NCBI GenBank assembly: GCA_964036045.1
Contig: OZ038378.1
Location: 200,260,001-200,324,000, forward strand
From: Eutreptiella sp. 'Long Island Sound 2002'
Taxonomy: Eukaryota; Protista; Euglenida
Direction: 5' to 3'
DNA length: 64,000 nucleotides
In this document: piece after piece, positions 25,480 to 37,814 of the stretch
How the letters are laid out: every line of letters begins with the position of its first letter
How positions within the stretch are numbered: position 1 is the stretch's first letter
The notes under the pieces: model-generated
The model's database searches: none
Seen by the model: only the letters and a program-made list of their open reading frames with translations
What the model was told of the DNA's origin: nothing
Program-made: the position numbers and the translations under genes

Positions 25480-26260
25480 TAAGAGCACCCCCCCACACAC
25501 ACCCAAATAGGGTGAAAAACACATGAAGAGGGGCCAAAACATGCTTTAGTTAGGATGTTTGATCATTTTGCATGGTCAAAGTATGAAAAAAATCAGTTTC
25601 AGAAATTTCCATTTTTGAGCTACCGAGGCTGGAAAATAGCATAAGCAGGTTGTGTGCCCTAGACCCCTTGGTACCCCCCCCCCCACCCCAATAGGGTGAA
25701 AAACACACAAAGAGGTCTAAAACATGCTTTAAATAGCATATTTCGTCATTGTAAGTGGTCACAATATCAAAAAAATTTGCAAAATTTTCCATATTTGACC
25801 TATAGAGGGTGGAAAACTGCTTAAGCAGTTTGTGCACACCCCAAATGCCATTGAACCACCTACAAACAGCAATTTTGAAGCTTTTGGGGGGCCCATGGCT
25901 CGGGCTACATGGGCCCAGTGGCCACTGCGTGGGCCCCCATGGGTGCTCAAGCACCCGTATTGTCACCAAATGACCACCCAAACCCATCCTAGGGGCAACA
26001 AAAGGGTTTCGGAAAAAGTGGAAATGTGAAAAACCTTCAAGTGTCACTAAACAGCCTACGCAACAGCAATTTTGGGGCTTTCGGAGGGCCCATCCCCAAA
26101 CAAAGGGGGACAAAATCAAAAGTGGGTGCCTCACCCCTGCCTTCTCGCAGGCCCCAAAGAGCGCTGGAAAAGCTACGTCAGCCCTCCGTCCTCGCGGGTC
26201 CCCAAACAAAGGGGGCAAAATCAGAATGGGCTGCTTCACCCCCGCCCACGGGGGCCGCCG
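25480..26260. repeat. Dispersed composite repeat, including isolated units of the 105-bp satellite
   Basis: cccaaatagggtgaaaaacac...aaacatgcttta is duplicated (~25502 and ~25687). 26090-26260 matches the family D unit. Confidence 0.6.
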
Positions 26261-26749
26261 CCAGCCAATGTGTGACCCCGAGGGGTGTTCGACGGTTTGG
26301 GGGGCTGTAGGGGGGGGGGACCCCATCCCCCTCTGAAGCCCCCCCCCCCCCCTTCGTTGACCCAAACCCAGCACTGTTTCCGTCAGGCCCCGTCCAAGTG
26401 CGGAAACACACAAAGCTAACAAGACGCACTGTGACTGTTCATAGCTCATGATTGTTTTGCTGCGCTGCAGCACTTTCAGAGCAATACTGAATGTTGCCTT
26501 GAGTTCGCCCAAAGGCCTTCCCTTCCCCTTGTCACAAACCACAGACATATATATAGAGAAGTGAAGGGAGGCCAAATATTTTAATAAATTGTTTACTTTC
26601 TAAACCATTGGTTTTCTCTAATTAATGGCTGACAGCAGGTTATTTTCCCAACTTTCTTTTTTTTTTTGCACTATGCCTCCCAACCATCCGGGTGGGGGCT
26701 CCCGATCATAACTACCTAGGTGGCACATGGTTCTCTCGCTAGCGCTTCC

Positions 26750-27720
26750 GTTTCCGCTGAGTCCATGCTCTCTTTACCCCTTGTCGCCCAACCCGGGCTC
26801 CAGAACACTCTGTCTGCAAGTGACTTCACGGTAGTGGTATCCCGTGTGTACATGCTACTATTGCTTCTTCTTTGGAAAGAATCACCCCCTACTGCACGCT
26901 CGTTGTATATCTTGCACACAAAGACCTCTCCGGCCTCGCAACATTACAAGTTCTCCTTGAAACCATTTTGATTCTACCTGTACGTTTTCCTGTAGGCCTA
27001 CTCAAAAAACCTGGAATAGTTGCTTTTGGCCCACCAGTACCCATGTATCAATGCGCCCCCTGGTTTGCCAAGTGTTAAACACACGGTATGTAACGTCTGC
27101 CCATTCCTAACCTTCTATAGGTGCTACGGCCTTAGCGGCTTGTTGGCTCCCCCGGGTCATTCTGCAAACTATCAGTTATGCTTTGAATCATGAAGGAGAG
27201 CTTTGAGATTTTGTTCTACTACTAATTGCCTGTACAAGGTCTAAAACCATTGTAGGTATGCACAAGCGGTGTTGTGGATCATGGTGCCGTCAAATGCAAG
27301 GGTTTGTGGGTGGCATCTGCAGTACAACGCTTAGGTGTCATCTTGTTCGTTAAAACTGAATGGTTATGAAAAGCAAATGAAGCCAAGGTTGAAGCAATGG
27401 ACAATTGCCCCTTAGGTTGCGGTCAAAGGAGTTTCAGCATGCTGAAAATACGGCAGCCCCGGACTTTCTTAAGGCAAAAAAAAAATGCTCCAACGTTACG
27501 AGGGGCGCCGAAGGGGAACAATTACACTTTTCCAATTGATGCAAATGCGCCTGCTACCGAGATATTCACTTCCATTGTTTGTGTCCTTGGGAACCAGAAA
27601 ACATGACTTCATACGCGCCACAGTCTGAGATTGTTGGTGTTTCTCAAAAAGATGTGAATTAGCAATAGCTGGTTCGCAAATTTTGAGCACTTTGAGCACA
27701 ATGTGGGGACGTAGGCCATA
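26750..27720 (-). pseudogene. KDZ (Kyakuja-Dileera-Zisupton)-like transposase remnant
   Basis: Across frames, in the expected order: DCGAYEVMFSG, then HFFFALRKSGAAVFSAC, then ALYCRCHPQTLAFDGT (first catalytic Asp context, ~27283-27330), then AIVACTHGIPL (C-x-H-G, ~26830-26860). Many stops and frameshifts. Confidence 0.6.
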
Positions 27721-28429
27721 CCATTACTTGTCAGGGCTGAAAACAGGCAAGAAACGATGCAAACTGACGTTCCAAAGTTGTAGTTCAGGGACCACTGGGT
27801 GATTGCACTAGACCTCGTGCTTCCTGACACGCTGCAAGTGCCAAATATGTGTCCCTGCTCTGCATTACGAAAGGGAGCAATACTACCAATGTATGTGAGT
27901 ACAAGATGAAAATTGTTCAGAAATATCTCTCGATTGGGCATTCAATTGCAACCGATCACATTTGCTTCCTTTTTGTTGACCAATCGAATTCTCTTTGCCC
28001 CGAACCACAGTTGTTTTCCAATTGCTCCCCATGGCTTTGTCCTCCGGGTGCCTTCCACGTACCTAAGCTCACCTCCTCTTTGCCCTCTCTATAGTGGTAA
28101 TCAAAGCCAAACAAAAATGCAATTCAAACTCCCAGCTTGCTATCTCCATTGTCATCATAGAGGTCGAAATCCACGTTTGTGTGTGCTCTCGGGCACTGTG
28201 TAAATTACAGCAATGGGGTGGCAAAATTGGAAAGAAAAGCAGTAGACGGCAACCACGCTATCTGTGGTTAGAAGCGGAATGTGACGACCACCTCATTTCA
28301 GGTTCCATCTCTCAGCAAAACGTTGCAAATTCAGCAACATGGTGAGGAGTATTTCCGCAGAACATTAAACAATCAATCTCAGCGCTCAAGCAACCACCCT
28401 TGGCTTACATCAAAGACCATCGCTATGAT

Positions 28430-29235
28430 TCAATATAAAAGAAGACGGGCCAGCTTAGGAGGAACAAATCCTCCAAGACTATCAATGGCATCGTAGAGGC
28501 CATTGATAGCTGCTCTTTGGTCCGCCTCCTGCTGAAGCCTCCTCCGCTTTACCCGGCGATCACTCTCCCTGTGGCTGCGACGAATTGCGTCGCAAGCTTG
28601 CTGCGCCGTGTACTCGTTCCCTTTGCGACGCCTTCCTCTCTTTGCAGAAACAGTTTCCGGCTGTGCCGGTTGTTCCTCCTCTTGCTCCCCCTCGTATCCG
28701 TCATCCTCATCCTCTTCGTCAATGGCAGCGGCATCATGTTTGTAAGCAGCCCAGTCCTCATCCTCATCCTCAGTCTCTTCCTCGTGGGCATCTGCCTCAT
28801 CTTCCTCGTCGTTGTCCTCTTCATCTTCCGAATCTGAATCGTTCTCCAACACCGCCGCAAGCCCTGCGGCTCTACTCCACTCATCTCCCATCGGCACGTG
28901 GTCTCGACCACCCTCTGCCAGCTCCTCATCCTCTTCCTCATTGTCCCGCCTCTCGTCCTCCTCTTCTTCTTCCTTGTGCTCCTCTTCCTGCTCCTGATCC
29001 TCCTCCTCCCCACCTTTGTCCTTCTCCTCTTCTTCCTGCTCTTCATCGTCCTCCTCATGGACGTCATCGTACCAAAATTGGAATGGGTCTTTTGAATCAG
29101 AAAGTGTGCCATTGTCCGCGTCTGCTTCTGCTGTGTGTAGCATTTTGTCCTCCGCCTCCCCTTCTCTCTTCTTTTTTTCCTCCCCCGTAACTTCCCCCTC
29201 CTTGGGCTCCACCTTCTTCTCGAGACCCTCGCTAC
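28430..29235 (-). CDS. TRF-like Myb protein, exon 2: long Glu/Asp tract plus basic NLS-like C-terminus
   Basis: Acceptor ttgcgtgttccag|GT (phase 1); open to a TGA; acidic tract followed by KRGRRRK and KRRR. Confidence 0.7.
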
Positions 29236-29474
29236 CTGGAACACGCAAGAATGTGTCAAATCAAGTGTGGACCTCCTAATGAAGACATAGATGTGAGCCA
29301 CAGAGATTAAGACACCCCGGGACATACAACGTTTGCACAACATTCACTGAGCATGGGCTGTAGGCTTTTAGTATGGCCAGGCTCCCTAAGAATGGGGCAG
29401 AAAGCTTCGTCATCAACGAACGTGAAATGATGCGAAACAAAAACCAAACAACCTCAACAGTAATGAGCTCGTAC

Positions 29475-29637
29475 CCGCCTCCTTTTTCAGGATTCTCCAG
29501 CGGTCTTTTGCGGCAACATTTGAGCGCTGGGCCAAGCGCGAGTCCTTGACGGTGGCTTGCCAACTGCCCTCCCCATACAGCAAAACCCCTCGGCGAAGAG
29601 CGGCATCCTCCAAAGGTGACCAACTAAGGCGCGACAT
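29475..29637 (-). CDS. TRF1/telobox-like single Myb DNA-binding domain, exon 1 (~322 aa spliced protein)
   Basis: MSRLSWSPLEDAALRRGVLLYGEGSWQATVKDSRLAQRSNVAAKDRWRILKK; donor GCG G|gtacga is phase-compatible with exon 2. Confidence 0.8.
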
Positions 29638-30429
29638 TTTGCAAGACTGAGATCTGAGATAAACTACATGAGGGATCCTACATCAGGCAATACGAATAGA
29701 TCAGCGGAGCGCCACATGTCACGGGTAGCAAGTTCAAGAGAAGTTTTGGTTGTGCATATACAAGGCCATGCACGCACGTAGCTATACGTTGCCACCGCAA
29801 GACTCTGGATATCTAGGCGAGCGTGACGGCTAGCAACTGCAATGAAAAAAGCAAGTCGCCTGTCCAGCGCCGCGAGCGGAAGAGAAGGTGTGGAGGTTGA
29901 CATCTCGGGCGGTGCACACACAAGGTGGTGAACAGACAGAGCGGTGCATACACTAGGCAAAATATGGCCTGGGCAGAAGGCTACTTATTTGAAGAGTATG
30001 GGGGCGGGCCCCACCTGGCAGTGAAGGGAGCCATCTCTCGAGCACACGCGATTCAAAGAAAAACGTTTGGCGGTTCACACACCAAACGGCACATGCAAAG
30101 GGCACGAGAGACACAAGGCGGTGGACAAACAAGGTGGTCCGTCCCTACCGAAAGAGTCTTGTTATTTAGGGGGGATTCGAGGGTTGGCCCTTGCATTGAG
30201 CGAAGCGAGCCATCTGTTGTGCGAAGCTAGTCAAAGGGTACGCAAAAAGTATGGCGAGGTGGGTACGGAAAGGTACGGGCGGCAGGGGGTATGGGGGTGT
30301 ACAGCAGAGCTAGAGAAAGGGGGTATAGCAGGATATGGGGGCAATGGTAGAGGGCGGCACAGCTTGGTATGGAGGGGGTAGGGGGGGGGGGCAGCAGGAG
30401 GATACAAAGGGCTACGGGGGGCTGGAGGG

Positions 30430-33400
30430 GGATCACATGTGGGTGCAAAGGGGGCACAGGGGAGGGGCTTTGGGGAGGCTGCTACGCGGGGGCAAGGTCA
30501 TGCCAACTATCACAAATGGGCTAAAAAGTACAGGTTTAAAGAAAAGCATCAGCCGATCGGCATCAAGGGAGGATTCAATCCTCAACATTGCTGAAAGGTG
30601 CTCAACAGGCACAAGGCCATTTCTATTGAAGTTTGAGGGCAGACGCAAAACAAATCGGTCCGATTCAAGTGGCATGTGTGAACATATGGTGTGAGACACC
30701 ACAATGAACTTTGTCTCTAGAAGTGCATGTTCTAACCCACCTACGGACGTACGTTTCAAAGCAGCGGTGACTACCGTTTGTCACATGTTTGACCCATATG
30801 TCGTCGTAGGCTACTGTTGTTCGTCGGACTTGGGTCATTTTGGGCGCTATGCAACGCCCCTTCGGCATTCCTGGTGCTAAAAGCGCATACTGAATAAAAA
30901 TCCCAAAAACTAAAGGTTCCAGGCCATGACAAGAATGTGAGCACCGTCTACGAGGTGTCGTATACCAGAGAATGGAACACTGCCTCCAAGAAAAACAGCA
31001 AGGCTTTGATTGTCATTTTATAATCTTCCGTCTTTCGTGTACCCTCTGTTGTTGCTACTGCATTTACACCTGATGAGCCGTGAAGTGAACAATGCTTTTT
31101 GCAGGCCTGTTCAACACCCTTATAAACACTCTCAAGCATTCAATGGACATGCAAAATTCCCTACCTAGCAAATGTGTATTCCCCAGTTGGTACAGAGTCA
31201 CGTAATGTTGCCTTTTTCCAGCAATTGGGGGCCTCAAAGGGGATTTTCACCAATGACGCTTTCCCGGTCACGCGACGCATGTACACCTGCATTGATGACA
31301 ACACAAACTTCAACTCTGTGCTTCATTAATTATCATTAGGTGTTCTACACCGTCTACGTCGCATGAGACAAATTGAGGTGCGATCCTTTTGGCATGTATA
31401 CGGATTTTCATGAACAAAAGGCGATAGTAAAGTTGTTGTAATCTACAACGACCGCTTGTTTAAAAAAATCACGTTGTTGTGTCACCACAGCACCAAGCCA
31501 TTGAGCCTTTGCTGGCAACGCACACTGACTAATAACTCCGCATTTGCTTCATCTTATGGCCCTTCATAGCTTCTGATACGCTAGCAGGGATAGTGGAAGC
31601 ACCACGTTTTGATTTGTCTCTGCTTTAGCCAGTCATAGTGGTCCTTGAAAGAACCTATTGAACTTGTATAGGAGCAAGGAAAGTCTTTTAAAACATTTCT
31701 GGTTTTCTTTTGCCGGATGAGTGGAACCGCAAACGCTGCAAATAGACGAGCACATGCCTTTCCAAATTTATCCCCCCCAATGCTTGCCTGTGCAGGACCA
31801 TCAGGTCCTTCTGGTTGCACGTCTGCAGGGTACCCACGGAAGCAAACTGACGGCTCACAGGTCACCTTTTTGGCACTGTGAGCCCCAAGGTTGCCTCTTT
31901 GGTGCTGAGGAGGTCACATCCACATGCCAAAGCCTGAAACTGCTTTAGAGATGATCCTCACAGTGCCGACTAGCAATGAAAAATGCAGTCCTGAACAGCC
32001 CAAAAGATAACCCCTGCGGTAGAAAAACTTGTGCCATAAAAGGTTGCGTGTCCATCACCATCAACTGCCCCTGCGCGCACTGGCCAAAGACCCTCAGTGG
32101 AACACACTGAAGGGCTTGGAGGTAGGTACCCACGCCTTCAAGCTGCTATAGGGGTTGTCTTGGGAGTGACAAGTGCGAATGAAAATAGCTGTCGTGAACA
32201 GAGAATGAAAAAAACTCATTGAGCAGCCCAAATTTTAATGGAAAAGGTTGCGGTGCAACACCATCAACTTTTCCTACTTGCAGCTCTAGAACACACCTAG
32301 ATTATCACCGTGAAAGACTGCAGGTCCATTGCAATGGTTTTCAGTTGGTCTAACAGAGGTCGTTAGCGTATAAACAACACCTGCTGCTGCTCGCAGTCCT
32401 GCAAAATACTTAGGCCTCTGTTTGCCAAATGCAAAGACAACGGGTCTTCGCGGTCTTTTTCTTTGGAAAACATTTCCCGACCACGGTGCCAGTCTTTTAG
32501 TTTGGCAGACAATGCCTTTCGTTGTGAAACTTGGTACCAAGGAACGAGCACCTATTATGACAATCCCTGCCACGCAAGACGGAATTGCATGGGACGGCGG
32601 CGCAGTGTATTTCAATGTTTGTCCTATAGAAGACGACCGAGCAGGGAAGCAGGCACCCACAACAAGGCAAGGACCATCTAATCATTGCAGTGATCGGAGC
32701 AGACAGCAAGATGGGATCGTCCGACACAGTAATTCTGACGTTATAATGGCTGGGGACACGGGTATCAAGGTTAGTGACACTTTGAGGGCCGAACAAGGGG
32801 TTAGGCCATATAGCTCAAGGCAAACAAAGGCACAAAACCCATATAGAACATGCAAGAATGACCTTGATCTTCAATGTGCCATCAGTCATGGTCAGCATTG
32901 TGAAAACCAAGCTGTCAATGCTAGCAATAGGGCGGAAAGCCGAGGTCACATGAAGTTATCAAAAAAAGAGTCCAACTCACACATTACACAATACGGAGGG
33001 GCTACTCAAAGTTGCCAACTCATGGACTACCATGTGAGGTCAAGGTTTTGGGACTTGCGGTACAGAGTTTGATGATGTCCTTCTTTCAGAAACAATGCAC
33101 TCTGCTCTTTCTCCACCATTGGTACAAGGCAGGCGGACATAGCAGGTGTTGAGGCTAGTCTGAAAACGACATGTTTTTGCAAAACAAGCTGCCGAGCGCT
33201 ATGTGGCACCCCGCCTAAGATCAATGTATGTTTGTTGCTGTTGGGCTGCTGTGAACTCGCCTGTCTGTTCCCTTCTGGCTCGGAGGGATTCAAGTTCGGG
33301 GGCTCGTCCACGAAGAGAGTTTCGCAAACTTCTATCTGTTGTGTGTCTGCCGGTGGTTGGGTTGAAGGCACTAGATCACCGCGTCTTTGAAGCCAGCTGC
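30430..33400 (-). pseudogene. Decayed multi-exon coding sequence of unknown family
   Basis: Protein-like minus-strand segments (30433-30759, 30665-30868, 30948-31300, 31581-32300, 33027-33371) broken by stops, with GT/AG-like splice motifs between them; no family recognised with confidence. Confidence 0.4.
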
Positions 33401-34164
33401 CATGGGTCAGTCTGCTCGCTCTCTTTTTTGTGTGTCCTATGTGTATGCTGGCCTCCTATGATGGATGTTGCACTTCGCATGCCGTTGGACTCCTTTCATT
33501 TTTTTGCTTTCGGTCGAGTCAGGTTGAGGCCTGGAATATCGATAAACGAATTTTTGCATTGTGCATCCCCCCGATTCCCGGGGTGCTGCAAGCGATGAAC
33601 TAATTGAGCCAAGAATTCAGAGTGTTTGTTAGGCACCTATGATTCATAGCACATTCCTCGAGAAGTTGCGGCTATACCGGTAAAGAGAGTACACCATTTG
33701 AGTTCAAGATGTCATCCCATGGAACTTGTCTACAGACTTGAAACAACCAATGTAGACTCAGTAGTAAGAGCACAAGCGCTACATGCACCCAGCACCATGC
33801 AGAGTACCCTGCATTAGCTTCACATTACTCGAAAGCAGATGTCATGGTTCAAATTGAACCATCGCAATCGTACTACTCGTGGAAAAAGTGAATTGAGCCT
33901 ATTATTTCCAAGGAGGGCTGCGTTGGGCACCTCACACAGGTGCTCTCAATAACATTCAAGCCACCAAAGGGACTTTGTTTAGCATGCATCTGATGAACCA
34001 CAATCGTTTGATGCATCATCAGGATCGAGCATTTCAGTATCCAGATCCTCCTCCTCTTCGGAGCCATCTTCCGAACACAGGTCCTCGGAGGATATGGGCT
34101 CCGTATTCTCAAGGGCATCGTCAAACATGGCCTCATCGCGTTTGCCAGTGAAATGCGAGGAGCT

Positions 34165-34715
34165 TTTGTCTCCGTACCAATCCACTAACTCCTCTCGAAT
34201 TAAAATCTCCCTTTTACTCACAAGCAACATAACACCCTGCGGAGCAGATTGCCGTTCAGGTGTGCTACCTTGTTCCCTTGACCTCAAATTCCTTGTTTGC
34301 TCTCCTGTGTTTGTGCTAGACGATGCGTTGCCATAGCCTTTGAATAGGCAAGGACGATTCTCAAACACAGTATATTTTTTTTCGCGCGGATGTCTGTGAG
34401 CGGTAGCCACCTGGTGGTGCAGTTGGGACTGCTTTCTTGGGAGTTTACAAATGAACCGATGACATTGTGCAAGGATCCTTCGTCCCAAGTTGCCATAGCA
34501 GTTTCCACTTTGCTGATGCTTCTTAAGCCATCGATCACAAAGTTACACCCAAACCAAGGACTAATGAAATAAGACGTGTCAGCTCGGCTGCCCTTCGGTA
34601 TCATTGCCCCCAAAAAAGAGCAACAGTGGTGTTTTTAGGGATGGAGGAGCCGTGGTTAAAGACCCCGCGGCCAGCATCCTTGCCATTGATGCAAGAATGC
34701 TTTATTGCCAAGTGC
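34165..34715 (-). pseudogene. SET-domain (lysine methyltransferase-like) sequence with two frameshifts
   Basis: LAIKHSCINGKDAGRGVF...IPKNTTVALFWG, then SYFI...FVIDG...GSFVNSQESSPNC, then MLLVSKREILIREELVDWYGD. These are the SET N-motif, the NHxCxPN-like motif and the ELxF/YDY-like motif, in order. Confidence 0.75.
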
Positions 34716-34869
34716 GGATGCCGACTGCCCTGCGGTGTGCGCCACAGGAGACCATCCGGCAAATTTGCTTTTCGATCTTCTATAGCCCGAGTGCAAACAG
34801 CCATCTCTTTAAACCACTCAGCCAAATGGGCTGAGCAGTTGCAGAGCTGTACCAACCTGAAACCTTTCA

Positions 34870-37810
34870 TGACAAATTCTTGGAACCTCTGATTGTCAGT
34901 AATGGAGGCATCTTGCTGAAAACCGACAAGTCAAGAAAAAAAGCAGCAGCAGCATCGCTCATATCAACAACAGTCTTATGTTGTGGCGAAAGTCTTTGTA
35001 CTGTCAGCGAAACCAGCGAAAGGAGTGGTTTGAATAGGCGAACATCCGTCCAATCAACACGAAACACCATGAGAGAGATAAATGCTATGTTGTCCAAGTG
35101 CCAGGGTTGTACAACAATTGCACAAAGCAACTTGCTGCCAAGAAACGCTGCGAGGATTGCGGGCTGCTTATCAAGAATGCGTGACCTCACACCATTGTCC
35201 CCTTTGAAGCTTAATAGGCTATGTGAAACCTCCCACTGGTGAGACCACCTTAGACACATCGTGCACAGCGCGACTAATGTCCTACCCAAGGTAACGCGCA
35301 ACCTAGGAGCGAAAACCAAAAAAAAGTGTCACTTTGTTCAAGGTGGCGCACTGCCATGAACACAATCACACGGCACCACGTACATGCACATGTGGGTCAC
35401 TCAGCTCCCAGGTGTTATCTCCGGTCCCAACAGGTCTCGCTCTTTGACCGCATCATTAGCCATTTCCATTGGAAAGCACACAATCTTGATGGGGAATCTG
35501 TAAAAGACACGGTTCCACAAGGATGAAAGCCCAAGTATTTGTCGCACTACAACGAATCTTGAACACAGACACGTTGTTTTTTGGTAATTATACCGCGGTG
35601 TACAAAACTGCCATCACACACCTGCTAGTGCAGAGTTCCTCCTCCACAACAATCTTATTTGCATTTCGAATGAAGTCAACATTTGGACCATGATGTTCTT
35701 CGGTGAGTTCAATGGTCAATGTACCACTATAGCAAAAAGTGTCATTGAAACCTTTCAGGATGCTACAACCGTGATCGTCCAATTGTCCGGATTGGGATGC
35801 ACACATACCACAGCAATTCCTGCGTGTACAAAGTGCTCTGGATACAGGTTGGATGTTCTGTAGTGGATTGCAAAATGTGTAGGAGAACGGCGGAATCTTT
35901 CAGCAACAAGTCTCGGACAGCACTTGCTAGTTGTACTATTTTGGTAAGCCCTAGAAATTGTTGCACTCCAAGCATGGAAGGTAATTGACCGGCGGATCTT
36001 TCGATATGCCGGGCATACAAGGGACGCATCGCATTTACAAAGAATAACACAGATTGCCACACAGTGAGTAAGCGCCACGTCGTGCAGTGGAGCCAAACCA
36101 AAGGGATCATCGCTGGTGCAAGGACCAATTGTAAGACCAAAACAAATCGATTGGATACAACCACGTTGCTTTGTATCATCCCCGGACCAAGTGATGTGGG
36201 ATAACATGCAATGCAGATGGAAGGAAACACCTAGTTGGACATGTTCCTATCTCCTTCAAGAAGACATGGTAGGTACTTAGTTTGTCCATGGTAGGAAACT
36301 TTCTGCGGTGCATCTCATCAAGGACTGTTGCAGCAAGCTCAAGGGTACACCTGCCACGGAGAGCAATGTTACAGGTTTCATGATTTGTAAACACCCTTTT
36401 AGCTACACATGCCACATACCTATTGTTCCATAGTGGTGTTGGCCACAATTCATCTCCCTTTAGTCGGCTCAACCGATCATCCATTACAGCTCTAAAGGAT
36501 GACTTGCACAAAAAGAGTGTGCAAGAGACTTCTCCATCCCAAGGAGTCATCTCCTTCAACACATCCCATGGGTCTGCAGCAGCCTTTAGAAGCTTTGCTA
36601 CCGACTCCATTTCGTGAGTGAAAGGGTATATGAACGGGTGCCCCTTGGCAGTAAGTACATAGTGCCGAGCGATGACCAGCTGCAACGGGAAATGAGACCT
36701 CAGTAAGATGCACAAAATTAAGCCCCTAATACAAAGAAAAGACCCGCAACTCCTTCCTTTGACTTGCAAATCCAACAGGTCTCGACGCCCCCGCATCTTC
36801 CTTTCGCTTCTTGGCTTTTTTGGATTTTCGGCCAGGTTGACCCCCGTCTTTCACTTGTCTTGCTTTTCGGCAGCCTCGAGGAGGGTTTTGTCGCGTCTTC
36901 TCTGGTAAAGGAGGGGAATCTTAACTTTCCTTTGGATCACTTTCATTTGGTCGGGTCCGTTTCTTTGGCGTTATCAGAACTTGCCGCGTTTGAGCTAAGA
37001 GGAAATAGATACACAGGAAGGTGTTCGGCATGAAAAGACAGCATACATAAACGAAAAGACAGCATACATAAACATCTGACGGTTCAAAACCTGATAGAGG
37101 AGGCTTGCTTGAGCGGAGGGGGTTCGGACTTTGACTTCTTTGACTTTGACTTTGCGGCTGTGACCCCTTTTCCACGATGAGCCGAAGAGAAGGTGAGACT
37201 CACTTACCATTTGATACTCTTTTACAACACTGCAACAAACATGTAAATGCAATGCAACAAACATTTAAAGGCTGTCAAACACACTTTCTACCTGCATGGC
37301 ATCATCAATCACCCCTTGCAATTTGGGAATGACACCCTTTTCACCACGCATGGAGGGGAGGGGCCTCATGCATCGGAATCATCCTCCCACTCGTTGCGTG
37401 CCCTCTTGCTAGTACTCTTGGTGGCGAGCACGCTTCTTTGGCCGGGTTGCTTGCGATCTTTTGACCCAGCAGGCTGCCGGCCCATTAGACATGGATTCCG
37501 ATGGCACATAGTCACTAGTGCCTGACGGGGCAGTACTGCTGGAGGATGCACTCGTACTGGAGGAGGCATTGGTGGTGGAGCTGCTGCTACTACTACTGCC
37601 ACTACTACTACTACCCTCGTTTGGCCAAGAGAGAAGAGCAGGGGGAACAGTGGGTAGGGCCGGCGGCGCAGCAGGCTTTGCCTTCGGCGGCAATGGGGCC
37701 CGGAAATTTTCAAAGGCTTGCAACACCTTTGTCTTCTCCTCTTCGCTGCACCGGGCATAGTCATGGGACACACCGGGCTGCGCTTGTGCCATGTGGTGTC
37801 GCATGGCGTA
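34870..37810 (-). pseudogene. Decayed multi-exon coding sequence upstream of the SET remnant, truncated by the 85-bp satellite
   Basis: Protein-like ORF pieces at 37409-37804 (Ser-rich), 36176-36670, 35763-36000, 35588-35806 and 34867-35200; canonical splice-like sites such as ATG|gtaagt (~37206), ttcctcttag (~36996) and cccgttgcag (~36680). Confidence 0.45.
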
Positions 37811-37814
37811 GGTG

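Noticed and set aside
31581-32300. Possible Ulp1/C48 protease remnant (SVHDSYFHSHL ... EDHL ... QPEGPD)
   Set aside because: The His-Asp-Cys triad cannot be assembled convincingly
36176-36420. VLDEMH (Walker B-like) and WSGDD..Q suggesting a helicase; alternatively a Ulp1-like pattern
   Set aside because: No Walker A motif, and Ulp1 catalytic spacing does not fit; left as unknown decayed coding sequence
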